From: Bugula neritina
Lineage: Eukaryota > Animalia > Bryozoa
Reading direction: 5' to 3'
Length of the DNA stretch: 64,000 bases
Assembly: GCA_964035545.1 (NCBI GenBank)
Contig: OZ037766.1
Coordinates: 16,234,722-16,298,721, forward strand
Below the pieces are notes generated by a model, which was given only the letters and a program-made list of their open reading frames with translations, was not told the DNA's origin and made no database searches. Below are positions 25,201 through 37,100 of the stretch, piece by piece. Position numbers and translations under genes: made by a program. The stretch's first letter is position 1. The number at the start of each line of letters is the position of its first letter.

Positions 25201-28200
25201 GTGACGGGTCCTGTATACCTCTCTTTCTCACCTGCTCTGGTAAAAGTGAGTGTCATGACGGCTCTGATGAAAGACTGCCCAGCTGCGCCGCCAATACCAC
25301 CCACACATGTGACCTTACCAAGGGCGAGTTCTCATGCGGTCCCGGCACTCATACCTGTGTCGATATTTCCAAGGTGTGCGACCAACACCCGGATTGCCCC
25401 AAAGTTGGCAATATTAATAGAGATGAAGACATCAGTATCTGTGGAGGTTTGTGCTCGCGTCTCTAGAAGTTAAATATATATACTCTGTTGTACTCTGGTA
25501 GAGGGCCTTATTCTATATGTTGTATTCTTGTTGTATACAGATGCTGTCATCTCAGACATTTGTGCTGAAAACTTGCCCTGTGGCAATGATCCCCTTATTA
25601 CTTGTAATAACATCAAACACCAAAGTGCAGAGGAGCAGTTCAACAGAACTATAGGATACGTTTGTCAGTGCCCACCTGGATATAATAAAGTTGATAACAA
25701 ATGCTTTGGTAAGTTCGGCAAATGGGTGTGTGTTGTACTCTTGTGAATATTGAAGTGATGACAACTGTTGGGTTTGACAGCAGTCTTAGTTTCCTGCCAG
25801 CACTTTAATTTGTCTCGGCTGCACCTCCATTTCGTTGTTTTCTCAGATAAGAATGAGTGCACGGATACTGAGAATCCAGTGTGCGACCACCTCTGTATTA
25901 ATCACCAGGGAACTTACAAATGTGACTGTAACGTAGGGTACAGTCTGGAAGTGGATGGCAGATCTTGTAAAGTCAATGGAGGTGTGATATTCAGTTGTAT
26001 TACTACTTGTGTTGTTATACCACATTTGTCTCAAATAATAAGATTTTGCTTTTATGGATCAATATATCGTAGTTTATATATTGTGCTAGACTAATATGCA
26101 TTTTAAATGCGAATTGCATACTGAATGGTAAGAAGTCATGTGTGAGTGTGTTTGCTGTAGATATTCACCCTAGACTGCTGTTCAGTAACCGCCATGAGAT
26201 CCGAGCTATCCACATTCACGGCCAGCAGAAGTACATGCCTCTGTTGGACAGTGCTGCAGCCGTTGCTCTAGACTTTGACTATGCTACCAACAAAGTTTTC
26301 TACTCGGATATGAAAGAGAAGAAACTGTACAAGTTCACTTTGCCCGGTCCTGATGAGGATGTTGACGAGCTGCAAGAGGTATGTCTGCTGAGAACTTAGG
26401 CTATTGCAGGCGTTTGTAGTGCCTCAGGGTTGTTGATAGAGTTGACTGTTTTTTCAAGTTGCTTCCACTAAGTTTTATAAATGATATGCTTACAGCAAGA
26501 TCTGAAGATAGATGGAGTTCAGACACCAGATGGTTTAGCCTATGACTGGGTCTACAAGCACCTGTACTGGACCGACACATCTACTAACACTATCAACATG
26601 GCCTGTGTCGATGATGAGCAGGAAACACCCAGGAAATCTGTAGTACTTTATCAAAATGCTAACCCCAACTGTACGTTGAGCACTGAGAAGTCCACTGGCA
26701 AAGAAGTGTGCATTGATGAGCCCCGTGCATTGGCTGTACACCCGAGAAAGGTAAGCATAGCTAAATAACCCCCCCCCCCCCCCCAGCCAGCACTGTATGA
26801 TGTCACCTTCACAGGTCTATATTTTGAGGCACGGAGTACCATAGTCACACCACACCTTATTTTCATTGCATGATTGTTTGAGTAAATAGTTTTGCAATTT
26901 CCATGTTGTTGTGAGTGCTGCTTAATAAGTGCGTAGGCAAATATTGTACAAGAATATAAACCTCTTATCTCCATTTCTCTGACATCTAATAGTGAATGAT
27001 GCAATGCATATACTAAGACCTGGTTGTAGATTGGGTAATGGAACAGGCTACACTTCCTGGTAGTGTTCTGTTGTAATTTTGGATTTGGTATTTAAAAAGC
27101 TTCTCAAGAGCTAATATAGTTGCCTACAATATTGTAATGGATGTTTCAGGGCTGGGCATTTTGGTCTGACTGGGGTGCCAACCCACACATTGTACTGGCA
27201 GCACTGGATGGTAGTAAGATGGAGATGATAGCGTACAACACTGGAGTCAATAACAGGCAGTATCTCCACTGGCCTAATGGTCTGACTATTGACCTCTCCA
27301 CTGAATATGAGAAACTCTACTGGATTGATGCTAAGCTGCACAGTCTCTTCTCTTGCACGATCAACAGATGTATCAATGACATCAGTGTTCTGGTCTACAA
27401 TGATCAAAAGATAAAGCATCCTTTCTCCATTACTGTATTTGAGGTGTGTATGTCTACTGCATTGTTTGTTCACTGGTGCTATACAGTTACTCACCTATAA
27501 AGGTGAAGCATTGTGTTGTTTGTGTTATCAACTTATTATGATTGAGAACAGGCTGCATTTAATTTTATTCACTATTAGAATATTAACATGATGACCAAAA
27601 TTGCGTGATGTGTCACTAGCAGTCCATTTTCCCACGGAAAGTTGGCTGGGCACCTTATCAGTTGTATATGGGAATAAGCACTTGGTGAGGTTATACAGGT
27701 TCAAGCTTACACTTTCCTTGCTGACTTTCTCATAGTGCCATTGTGATTGGTTAGATAATACTATATAAATAAATAGAGTCTCTAGTATGGTGTGATGTTG
27801 TTATGGTGGTCTGATATCAGCTGCAACTATCCTATATTTAAATTAGCCAATCACAGATCTTGTTTGAGCTTGGCGTTGACAGGAAGTGGGAAGTAGTTGA
27901 GAAATTGGTAACCAGTAGTTTCCAGTAATTGAGCCACTCCAAGTATTCCGAATATGCGAGTAGAGTTGCATGCTGTGGAGGTGCAGCCAATAAGGTTTCA
28001 TTCTGAAAAACATGATCCTGTAAAAGCATTCACTCGGAATGCTGTCTTGCACACTGTTCTTATGCAACTCATTATAATATTTTGTTAACAAATGTGCACA
28101 TCCCAAAACAAACTCTATACCTGCCCAACACTACATCTTAAGTCTACAGAGATTCCAACTGTATCAACATTGAAAATACATAAAAATATGTCACAATAGG

Positions 28201-30765
28201 GTTATTCTTTACCCTTTAGTTACATCATTCTATTATCTAAATAATCAATGAATAGTCAGCCCATGCAAGAACTCGTACTACCAAGTGGACAATGTTAGAC
28301 AACCTGAAAGTTCTCTTTGAGTGTTGTGATAAGATGTGATGTTTCCATTTCTAGAATCAGTTGTACTGGTCTGACTGGGCCACCAAGCACATTGTCACGG
28401 CCAACAAATACACTGGTGGCAACATAACCAGCCTCCTCACCAACTTGGAGCAGCCAATGGACCTCAAAGTATTCCACCCAATGACTCAGCAGAACAGCAC
28501 CAATCACTGCAAGGTGATCCAAGACAGCACAGACAAGTGCGATCATATCTGCGTCCCCAAACCATGGAGCAGAGACTCTACTACCTCAGACTACAGGTGA
28601 GCACCACTTGGCTGGAATTCTCAGACCATACTGCCATTAATCATTGTTCTATGATTATTTTGACAGCTCTGATATATGAGTTGTGTTGCATTGTGTTGCT
28701 TGACTAGTTGAGTCTAGTGTTGACCTGAATTTGCTGTAGTCCTGTTGATGATGACTTACCTAAACACACGTGTCTATGTGCAACTGGCTACACACTTAAC
28801 CCAGACGGCAGGACATGTCAGCTGATAGAGACGGCCACCAAATCTGCAGGCAAACCTTTGCAGGCATCAGAAGCTCACCGAGCTCCACAGGCTTCACTAG
28901 AAAAGAAGGATGGAAAGGGATCTATTGCAATAATAGCAGGCTGCACTGTGCTCGCTTTGGCCGTTATCGTTGGAGTGGTAAGTGCTTTATTTCAACTGCA
29001 GCTTGGTTGGTTGTTGTGGTTTTTAGAAAGTCACTTGCTTACCAGATGAAACTGGGAGGGGGTTGCAGGATGAAAGCTCAGTAGCTAGTCTACGGTGTGA
29101 TTGATGTATGAATTCATAATAGAAAAACTGTCATACACTGTCCAATAATACTTGCTGGAATTAGTCAGGCCATACTCTGGCGTCATGTCCTGGCTAATTT
29201 GTTCAAATTTAATCCTGCCAAGTGCTTGCTCATCGCCTGCAATCCTTCTGGGAATTAATATGTTGGTGTTGTAACCGTAGAATTATGAAAAAAGCTAGTT
29301 TAATGAGTTATCATATGCTTATACAAACAGTAATTATATTTATAAGTATGGCCTGATTTGTTTGTAGGTTGCTGTGATAGCAGTTAAGAAAATTAGACGT
29401 AGCAAATCAAAGAGAATGAATTTTGACAACCCAATATATAAGAGAACTACTGAGGACAAGTTGGAGTTGCCTCGACACGAATATCAGCCCTCTGAGACTG
29501 ATCCATCGGTGAGTTTACTGGTGGTGCCACTTCAACCAGTTATTCTCTTCAACCCTTTCCTTGGTTCTTGTGCCTCACTTTCAGTTCTTACCACTTCCTT
29601 TTCTCCATTTACTGAAGCAACATGTTTTGGCCTCCTGCTTTAGCTGGCAGTGAGATAGGCTTCTATTTATCTCCCCTTTCCTTAAATTAAAATAACCACT
29701 AAGTCGAGGACCCAGCTGGTATCTGTTGGTTGGTATATCTTTACTGTGTCCTAACTACATTCACTTCTATTAACTTCATTGATACAAAATGCTGACATAA
29801 TTATAGCCGACATCGTCAAACTATGCAGAGGTTTGCATAGATGTACTCCCTATACCAGGTAAACATGATCCCTTTGCACCATTTCACTAAAATATCTGGC
29901 TCAGTAGTTGAAAGTCAGCACCTCTGAACCTGTTCAAGTGCGATGTTACTAATTCATTGGCTTGTGCTGTGTACTGAATGAATTGATATGTCATAGTTTA
30001 GTTTGGCTGACCTCTCTACTCTACTCTACTCTAAGCTCTTGAGCTTGCATGTTCTACTGCTTACCAGGTCCCACTTGATGCATGGAACTTGAACTAATAG
30101 TAGCTGCTGCATGTATTTCACTGCATTTGCCGATATTCATTGCAGTTTATTCTACCTATACACCAATCAATTAGTACCTATGAACAGTGTTGAGCAAAAA
30201 ATGATCCTTTATTGTCAAATTCCTTCAACAAAAGCTTTTGTTTGTTTTCTGTGTTTGAGTTTTAATTCAGATGAACTATGTTTATTATAAGTGCTTAGTT
30301 ACAGGCCAAGCACAACCAATTAATACCATTGTGAGTAAGTAAGTAAGGGGGTGGGTATGGGGTGATGTGTTTTAGCCAACCAGTGCCCTATGGCATTGTA
30401 TTACCTAATGGTTCATAATCAGGAGTAGGGGTGTTGTCCCAAACTCTAGAGGTGGGAGTAAGCTGCTTGACAACTATAGATCTTGACAGTACCATAAACA
30501 AAACAATAGTATTAGCTTAGCTTTACCAGACATGCTTATCTTGATCTATGCTTACTCTTAGCATGGTATCTTTCACCCTATGTTGATTCAAGGAGTTAAT
30601 AAACCACAGACCGATATGGTAGCTTCACCTCTGCTTAGGTTCTGTTTCCATGCTGTACTCAGCTACTACTGTTGTACACATATGTGAATGTATCTTTTAC
30701 AGGCAGTGATGCCGTTAACGTCTTCTGAGAGTGTATCTACTTCAAATGAAGATTTTGACGTATGA
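22233..30765 (+). CDS. LDL receptor family member, VLDLR/lipophorin-receptor-like (8 LA repeats), ~963 aa
   Basis: 15 phase-compatible exons: 22233-22314 (signal peptide [20 protein letters not shown]), 22437-22553, 23819-23956, 24385-24498, 24605-24912, 25068-25446 (LA1-8), 25541-25708 (EGF-A), 25847-25981 (cbEGF-B), 26161-26378, 26496-26750, 27150-27443, 28355-28596 (LLFSN/VFYSD/LYWTD/FWSDW/LYWID/LYWSD), 28740-28977 (EGF-C end, TM), 29368-29508 (NFDNPIY), 30703-30765 (stop). Total 2892 nt, no internal stop. Confidence 0.95.
22767..22825 (+). repeat. (ATGCT)n microsatellite
   Basis: ~12 perfect pentamer copies. Confidence 0.95.
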
Positions 30766-31616
30766 TGTCTCCTATAGCAATCTCAGTCCATCCATTGTAA
30801 GCTCTAGCTCAAACCAACTTCCTTAGGGAACAGGAGAACTAATGATTGTGAGGGTCGTTGTGAGAAAGGGCTCGCCGGCCTTCCAGATTGTTCTATTAGG
30901 TGCTAAATTCTGCATGCAGCCTGGAAGTTTGTACAAGCCGGACATCTGGCGATGGACTATCACTAGTTTTACTACAAGTTGAATGCTAAAGAGAGTAAGA
31001 TGTAAATAGTGACTGAACTGTAGGTAGCATAATTTATTTTTATACAAATACTTGGAAAAAGTAAAACTACCGTTGAAGGTTTTTTTCTTTTATTTCTGTC
31101 AGGTTATAATTAAGTTCTATTATGAGTATACATGCATACTAACCCTTCTTGGATTGTAATTTATGGTTCTATAATACACACCTGAACTTGTAATAGCATT
31201 TTAACAAGTTTCATTTTGCATGTAGTAATTGTTAATTCTGTTCTTGACTGTTGTCTTCAATCTTCCAGACTTCTATTACTATACCAGTCATTGTCTATAA
31301 TCTGTACTGTTACTGTTTTGTCATGACCAGCCTGAAATGGTTGTATATTTTTGTATAAAATGTTACTGTGGATGGTGACTGCTTGACTAATGTACTTTTT
31401 ATTAGGCAGAGAAATTTATTTGCTCAAACATTCCTCCATGTTGGTATGTTATATCAGTTGTCACGTATATTACCCATATGTTACCCAGTGTCTATTTTAT
31501 TCTGTAAATTTATTATAGGTGTGTTGCAAGTTTCATGTTTAAAAGTTTGTTAATCACAATATTACTATCTATGTTTTAACTTAGGAAATTGTGAACTATC
31601 TTATAGCCAAAGTGTA

Positions 31617-31622
31617 AATAAA
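31617..31622 (+). terminator. Candidate polyadenylation signal of the LDLR-like gene
   Basis: AATAAA ~850 nt after the stop, at the end of a U-rich putative 3' UTR. Confidence 0.5.
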
Positions 31623-34108
31623 AAGTTATGTTGAAATCTAAGAATGAAATGCAATACCATTAATATGCCAATCAACTTACTGAATGACAGACCGGTCTAT
31701 GGATTGTAATAGAACACCCCTTCAAAGTTGTAAATGAGGCTAATCTCCGCAATGAGGGTATGGCCTGATCTAAACGGATATATGAGGTCACAGCTTGACC
31801 TAGTTAACAGCCATTGATTGCCGTTAGTCAAGTGTGGCAGTTCAAAAGTTTCAGAATCTCGTTTCAGGCTCGTATATGTATAGCATACGATAATTATCAT
31901 GAAAACCGTCTCATGCTGGAATGTCAAAGCTGTTTGATTTAAAAAGCATTCTGTTCAGCTAGGACCTGCATCTTTGACATAAAAACTACTTTTGTTGATC
32001 TAGCACTGAACCCAATTATTAGCTGTAGCAACATCATTTTATGCTCTCTATATAAGCAGATTCATGAAACTTAAAAACCAACTATATTCTATATAAGCAG
32101 TGGAATTTATCCATTCTGGACTGCCGTGCAAACTACTAACAATGTTGGTCTAAGAAAACCACACGTCTTGAGATAAATATGACAATATGTAAAATAATGC
32201 AGACAGATATGAACAAATGTCACTCAAAACCCCGAGCTGCACAATATGCTTTTTACATTTTGAAGAAACCGCATAATTATAATATTCCCCTATAGAAAAC
32301 TGCTTAAATATTAGCTACTTGATGAATTAGTAGTTATAAAGGCATGGCGAAAAACATATATTTTGCAGCTCAGAGTTAACCCATCATAAGTGCAAAAGTG
32401 GGGATGGTGTTTGGTTGGTTTGCAAACAAATTACATTAGTTTGCCACCTGGTGCAGTCATAGCCATGTGACCGACACAATTTACAATGAGATGACGAGAT
32501 GAGAGTGGTAAATTTCCAAAACCAAGCTGTAGCATTTAAAAATTCAGGTCCAAGATAGTGAGTATTTATTTTTGTCCTAGTATATGCTCAAATAATTCAA
32601 CTGAGAAAAATTTGACACAGTTTAGGCAATACCTAGAAAGATTACTTACCATCATGCAATATTCATTATAATTTATTTTTGTACAAGTGTAATATTTTAG
32701 ATATGACCAGTTCAACATAGTATGAGGCAAACTTATTAGCATCATACTCATGTGGTAGTTATAATCAATTGATACATCACACCACTTTTATTGAGGTCAG
32801 TTAATAATTTTGAATCGTAAGACACAATGAATCAGTATGCTGTTTAATTAACAGTAAGTAGCTTACTTGTTTTATCCACTTATGATAGTAATAAGGGCTG
32901 TAGTGCTGACCCAGGATGACTCACAGACACACTAATAATATTACATCATAATCAGCCCCTAACTATTGCACCTAGGTCCTACAAAATAGTAGTACCTAAG
33001 TATGCCAGAACCTATGCATTATGATTCATGTAGACTGTAGAGGATAGATATACCAGAATTGTGCAGTAGCTAAATGCACCTTCTAACATCACCATACAAG
33101 AATCAAGCTATAGCTAGGTTTCTCTATAATTCAATTTAGAGCTCTATGCACTCAACAAAATTGTCATTGTTATGAAAGTGCTATCAATCTTCCAGAAAAA
33201 TGCTTGCTATGGAGCCAACATGCATATACTGACAGCTCAAGAAACATAGAAAACTCATTCAACCCTTAGTAGTAGAATACATGTCATAGCTTTCACTTAA
33301 TAGAAGATTGTAAAATACATCCATGAATACTTTAATAAAGGAGATGGCGATTTTGAGAAGTCTTGTTTATTAAGTTTTGTTATTATACTAAAGTTAAGTG
33401 TACCTGAGTGAAAACTGAGAAGTTACTGAATTTGTCACTATCAGTACATTAATTCAATTTATGGCAAATTTTCTTCAAAAAATTGAAAAGCAAAACTGCT
33501 TTTTTTTTTAGACATTTGCATTTCTCACCATTAATTATTGCCAAATCTACATTTACAATGATTGCAACAGTTTATCTGGTTGCTAATTAATTTACTACTT
33601 TACATAAGAAATTTATTGAAATTATGTAAACATGGCGCTAATCCAGCATTGTTAATTTCCTTTGTATAATCTGAACCTTTCAAGTATCTCTGTCTACACT
33701 TTCTGGTATTATCAAACATGAGCTTTAGTTTACAAGGTTGAGGCTACAACTCCAAGTCTCTCGGATTATAAAGTAGCCAAATACATTTGTAGCCAAATGA
33801 GGTTGTATACCTGAATGAGTAACAAATCATTCACAGGTGAGCGGACGGGGCATTTTATTTTGACAGCTTGCCAACACAAACAAGAAATTTCATCAGATTT
33901 TAGCGACCAGTAAACATGAACTATAAAAACTAGCAGGTTCATTGCTTTTATTTGAATTTATAAACAGAAAGAACAATAAAGATGCAACATTCCTCACATT
34001 AAACTTAAAAGAACAATAGCTGGTAGGCTTTAGTCTATCACATAGTCATTTTGCAGGTCACTTTGACAGCGCACCAACATAGTTGGTCATCCATCCAAAT
34101 ACTCCAAT

Positions 34109-37100
34109 TCAATATTCATGCAGCACCGGCTGTACACTTTTCCAATATCGACTGGGAACCATTTCCTTGACCTCGGTTGAGGTTACCCACATGAACTCAT
34201 CATACAACACTGTGCTTTGTTCCTCTAATCTAATCATATCTCCAGACTGAAGCATAGCTTTGTGCAAAAACACCTACAAAAGTGGTTCATTAATACACAA
34301 CATGATGTGAGAGGAAAGAGACACGAGTATTCCTACTGTTGAGATACTGGATACTGCTATTCTGTCACAAGTGGATCTGCTCCATATCACAAGTGGGCGT
34401 AACCCAACCTAACTTTTGACAATACATTAACAGACAAGTGAAGACAGTAAAGTCATTGACACCCAAAGGACTTCTCATCTACACAGACATCTTAGTGCAT
34501 TCTTTGGAAGCCAACAACAGTTCTACTTACACTTATACACCTACAGAGCCGTATAATTCACCAACGCACTATCAAGTAGCTATCATAGTTAACAGGTTTT
34601 CAAGGATGGAGTGTCAAAGCCCCTTTGTTTATTTCAAATTCAAATGTTTAAAATGACAATGCAGACCTGGAGCACATTCATTTACATAATTGAATTAACT
34701 CAATTTATTATGCTAAGTGATTAAAGAAAGTGTTTGAACTAAGAGTCCCCCATCCTTTAGCCACAGTTAACTAGTCACCTGTTCAGAATATGAAATTGTT
34801 TTCAATAATTACTACTTATAAATTTTCAGTAACAGAAGGAGCAGGAGTTGAACTATAAGGCATTAAATAAATTACTATTTTAATGTTGAAAAAATAGTTA
34901 GCTATTTGTATCATGAGAAGAATGCTAAGTATTTAGTGTATGCACTGACACAATATCAAATTGTGTCAGTGCATATAATAATATTAATTAACCAATTCCT
35001 ATGATGAAATGCTGAATCATAACAAAACCCTCTCAGGTATGATGGATACTCCTAGTCTAGGATGAGACGACACCTAGTGGCAGCAGTCCACCAGGTACGC
35101 TGACTGAAAACCTGGGAGAAGCAACTGCAGTTTAATGACTGAATACACAACTAATATCATTTAATTTATTGCAGAGCCAAATCTTAGTAAGGAATACAAG
35201 ATCGGAAGCTAATTTTGAACTTATAAAAACAAAAAATGCATAGCTATGAAGTTAGCTGCTTTATAAAATTCAATCAACTACTATGCATTAGTTGGCGGCA
35301 ACTTCTATTTTCACTCAGTCATTTTGTAAGCCAAGGTCAAAGTTCCCACATCTGTTTAGGATAATTGCTGAAAAAATAATTATTCAACATTTTTGGGTGC
35401 TGGAGGACAGATTTCGTCATTCCTTCTGGTACTAAACATGCAGAACACAGAACTTTCACAGAGTGATGAAATAATCACAACTTTACATCACAATCAATTT
35501 TATACTTTCTCTGTTATTTGATATTCTCTCTGTTATGTTGAAACTTGCATATAACATGTGTAATTATGGTGCTACCTTGATTCCTTTAACAAATTTGCTT
35601 TGGTTTGGGGTGCTGAGGGGAAATGAGTGTTGAATATTAGGTAACTTATAAAATTGCAACATTTGCACACACCTCTTTTTTAATGTTACATCTCCAAAGG
35701 TGCCTATAAGAACCAATCTTAGCAAGGGATAACCATACAGATTTAAAACAGTTATAAATGAGTACCAACACAGGCTCCAAACTATGTTTCAAATCTGGAA
35801 AAATAGCAATATTGGGAGCAATTCAGAGATTTGAATATATAACAGGCAGTTTTACTGCCACATTTATCAAGCTGAATATAAAATTCAGTTTTACAACAGT
35901 TCAAGTTGTTGCAAAAGAATTCACCTCAGGATATTTTGCTCTCAGTTAGGCCTGTAGCTGACTACGGAATGGAGATGTTGTTTAGCCAACCGCTGAGAAA
36001 TCTATTCTCATAATTTGGCAGCACACTGGGGCAACAGGATCCCAGCCAACCAACCCAGCTACCAGATTATAAACATCAACTAACCTTTGCTCCTTGGTGC
36101 GAGGTGGTGGTTGATACGGATTTGCTGGGATACTGGACTCTATAGTGAGAGACTGGAGCATTTCCAATGAACTGTAGAGTTAAACCTGGTGAGAGCTCAT
36201 TGGCAACTCTTTCGCTTGTCTGCAGAATATAGAAGATTGTTATTAGATGCTGCAGAAGTGACAGTATTTCATCAACACTGATGCAACTGATTATTATCCT
36301 ATGCTATGTGTGGACAGACATCTTGTTCCTACAGAGGAATATCTAGTAAAGCATTGAATACTTTGTAATTCTTATAATGCAATTTATTTCATAACTTTTT
36401 TCTTTGCCAAAAGCAATCGCAATATTTTATTGATTCTGGAGAATTCTGGAAGGCCATTATGTGACTGATCATAGTTTTATACATTTATAGTGTTTAGCAG
36501 ACAACTACCACAATATACCTAATTGACCGATAGATATGCGTCTGGCTGCTTAGCATACCAAGTAATTCAGCTAGTAGTATTATTATACCATCTGTGTAGA
36601 GCACACCCTATAAACAGTGAGTCCATCTATTCATTTCACACTTGTAGATAAATCAGTTACAACTTTTGGGTAAAGGAGACCCATTTTGCTGTGTTATCCT
36701 TACATTGTATTCAAATCCCAGTAGTACAGGTTTACTAACCACAGGGGGAGGGGTAAAAGAACTAGGAAACCAAGAAAATGGATAAATTTCCGTCAGTAAC
36801 ACTTAAGTCTAAACTATATTTTCATTGAAAATCAATCCCACTGTCCCACCACAAACTCCCGAGTGCAATAAAACCACTCATAGTTGCATTGAATGACGAG
36901 CATAGCACATGGTGGAGATAATGGCTAGGTTTCCTATACAATATATCATGTTATAGTTACCTCAACATTATTAGTGCAGTAATAACTAAAAACATATGTA
37001 TTAAATAATATTTCAATGATATATTAGCTTATTACAGTTCAACGGTTATTCCTTACAGAATGGCAATGACTATACATCACATACAGAGAAGGTAATAAAG

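Noticed and set aside
24373-25473. Overlapping alternative-frame and antisense ORFs
   Set aside because: Shadows of the GC-richer LDLR LA exons.
29509-29643. Hydrophobic read-through tail of ORF 29374-29643
   Set aside because: Strong donor (cg|gtgagt) at 29508 and a good terminal exon at 30703 explain it as intron.
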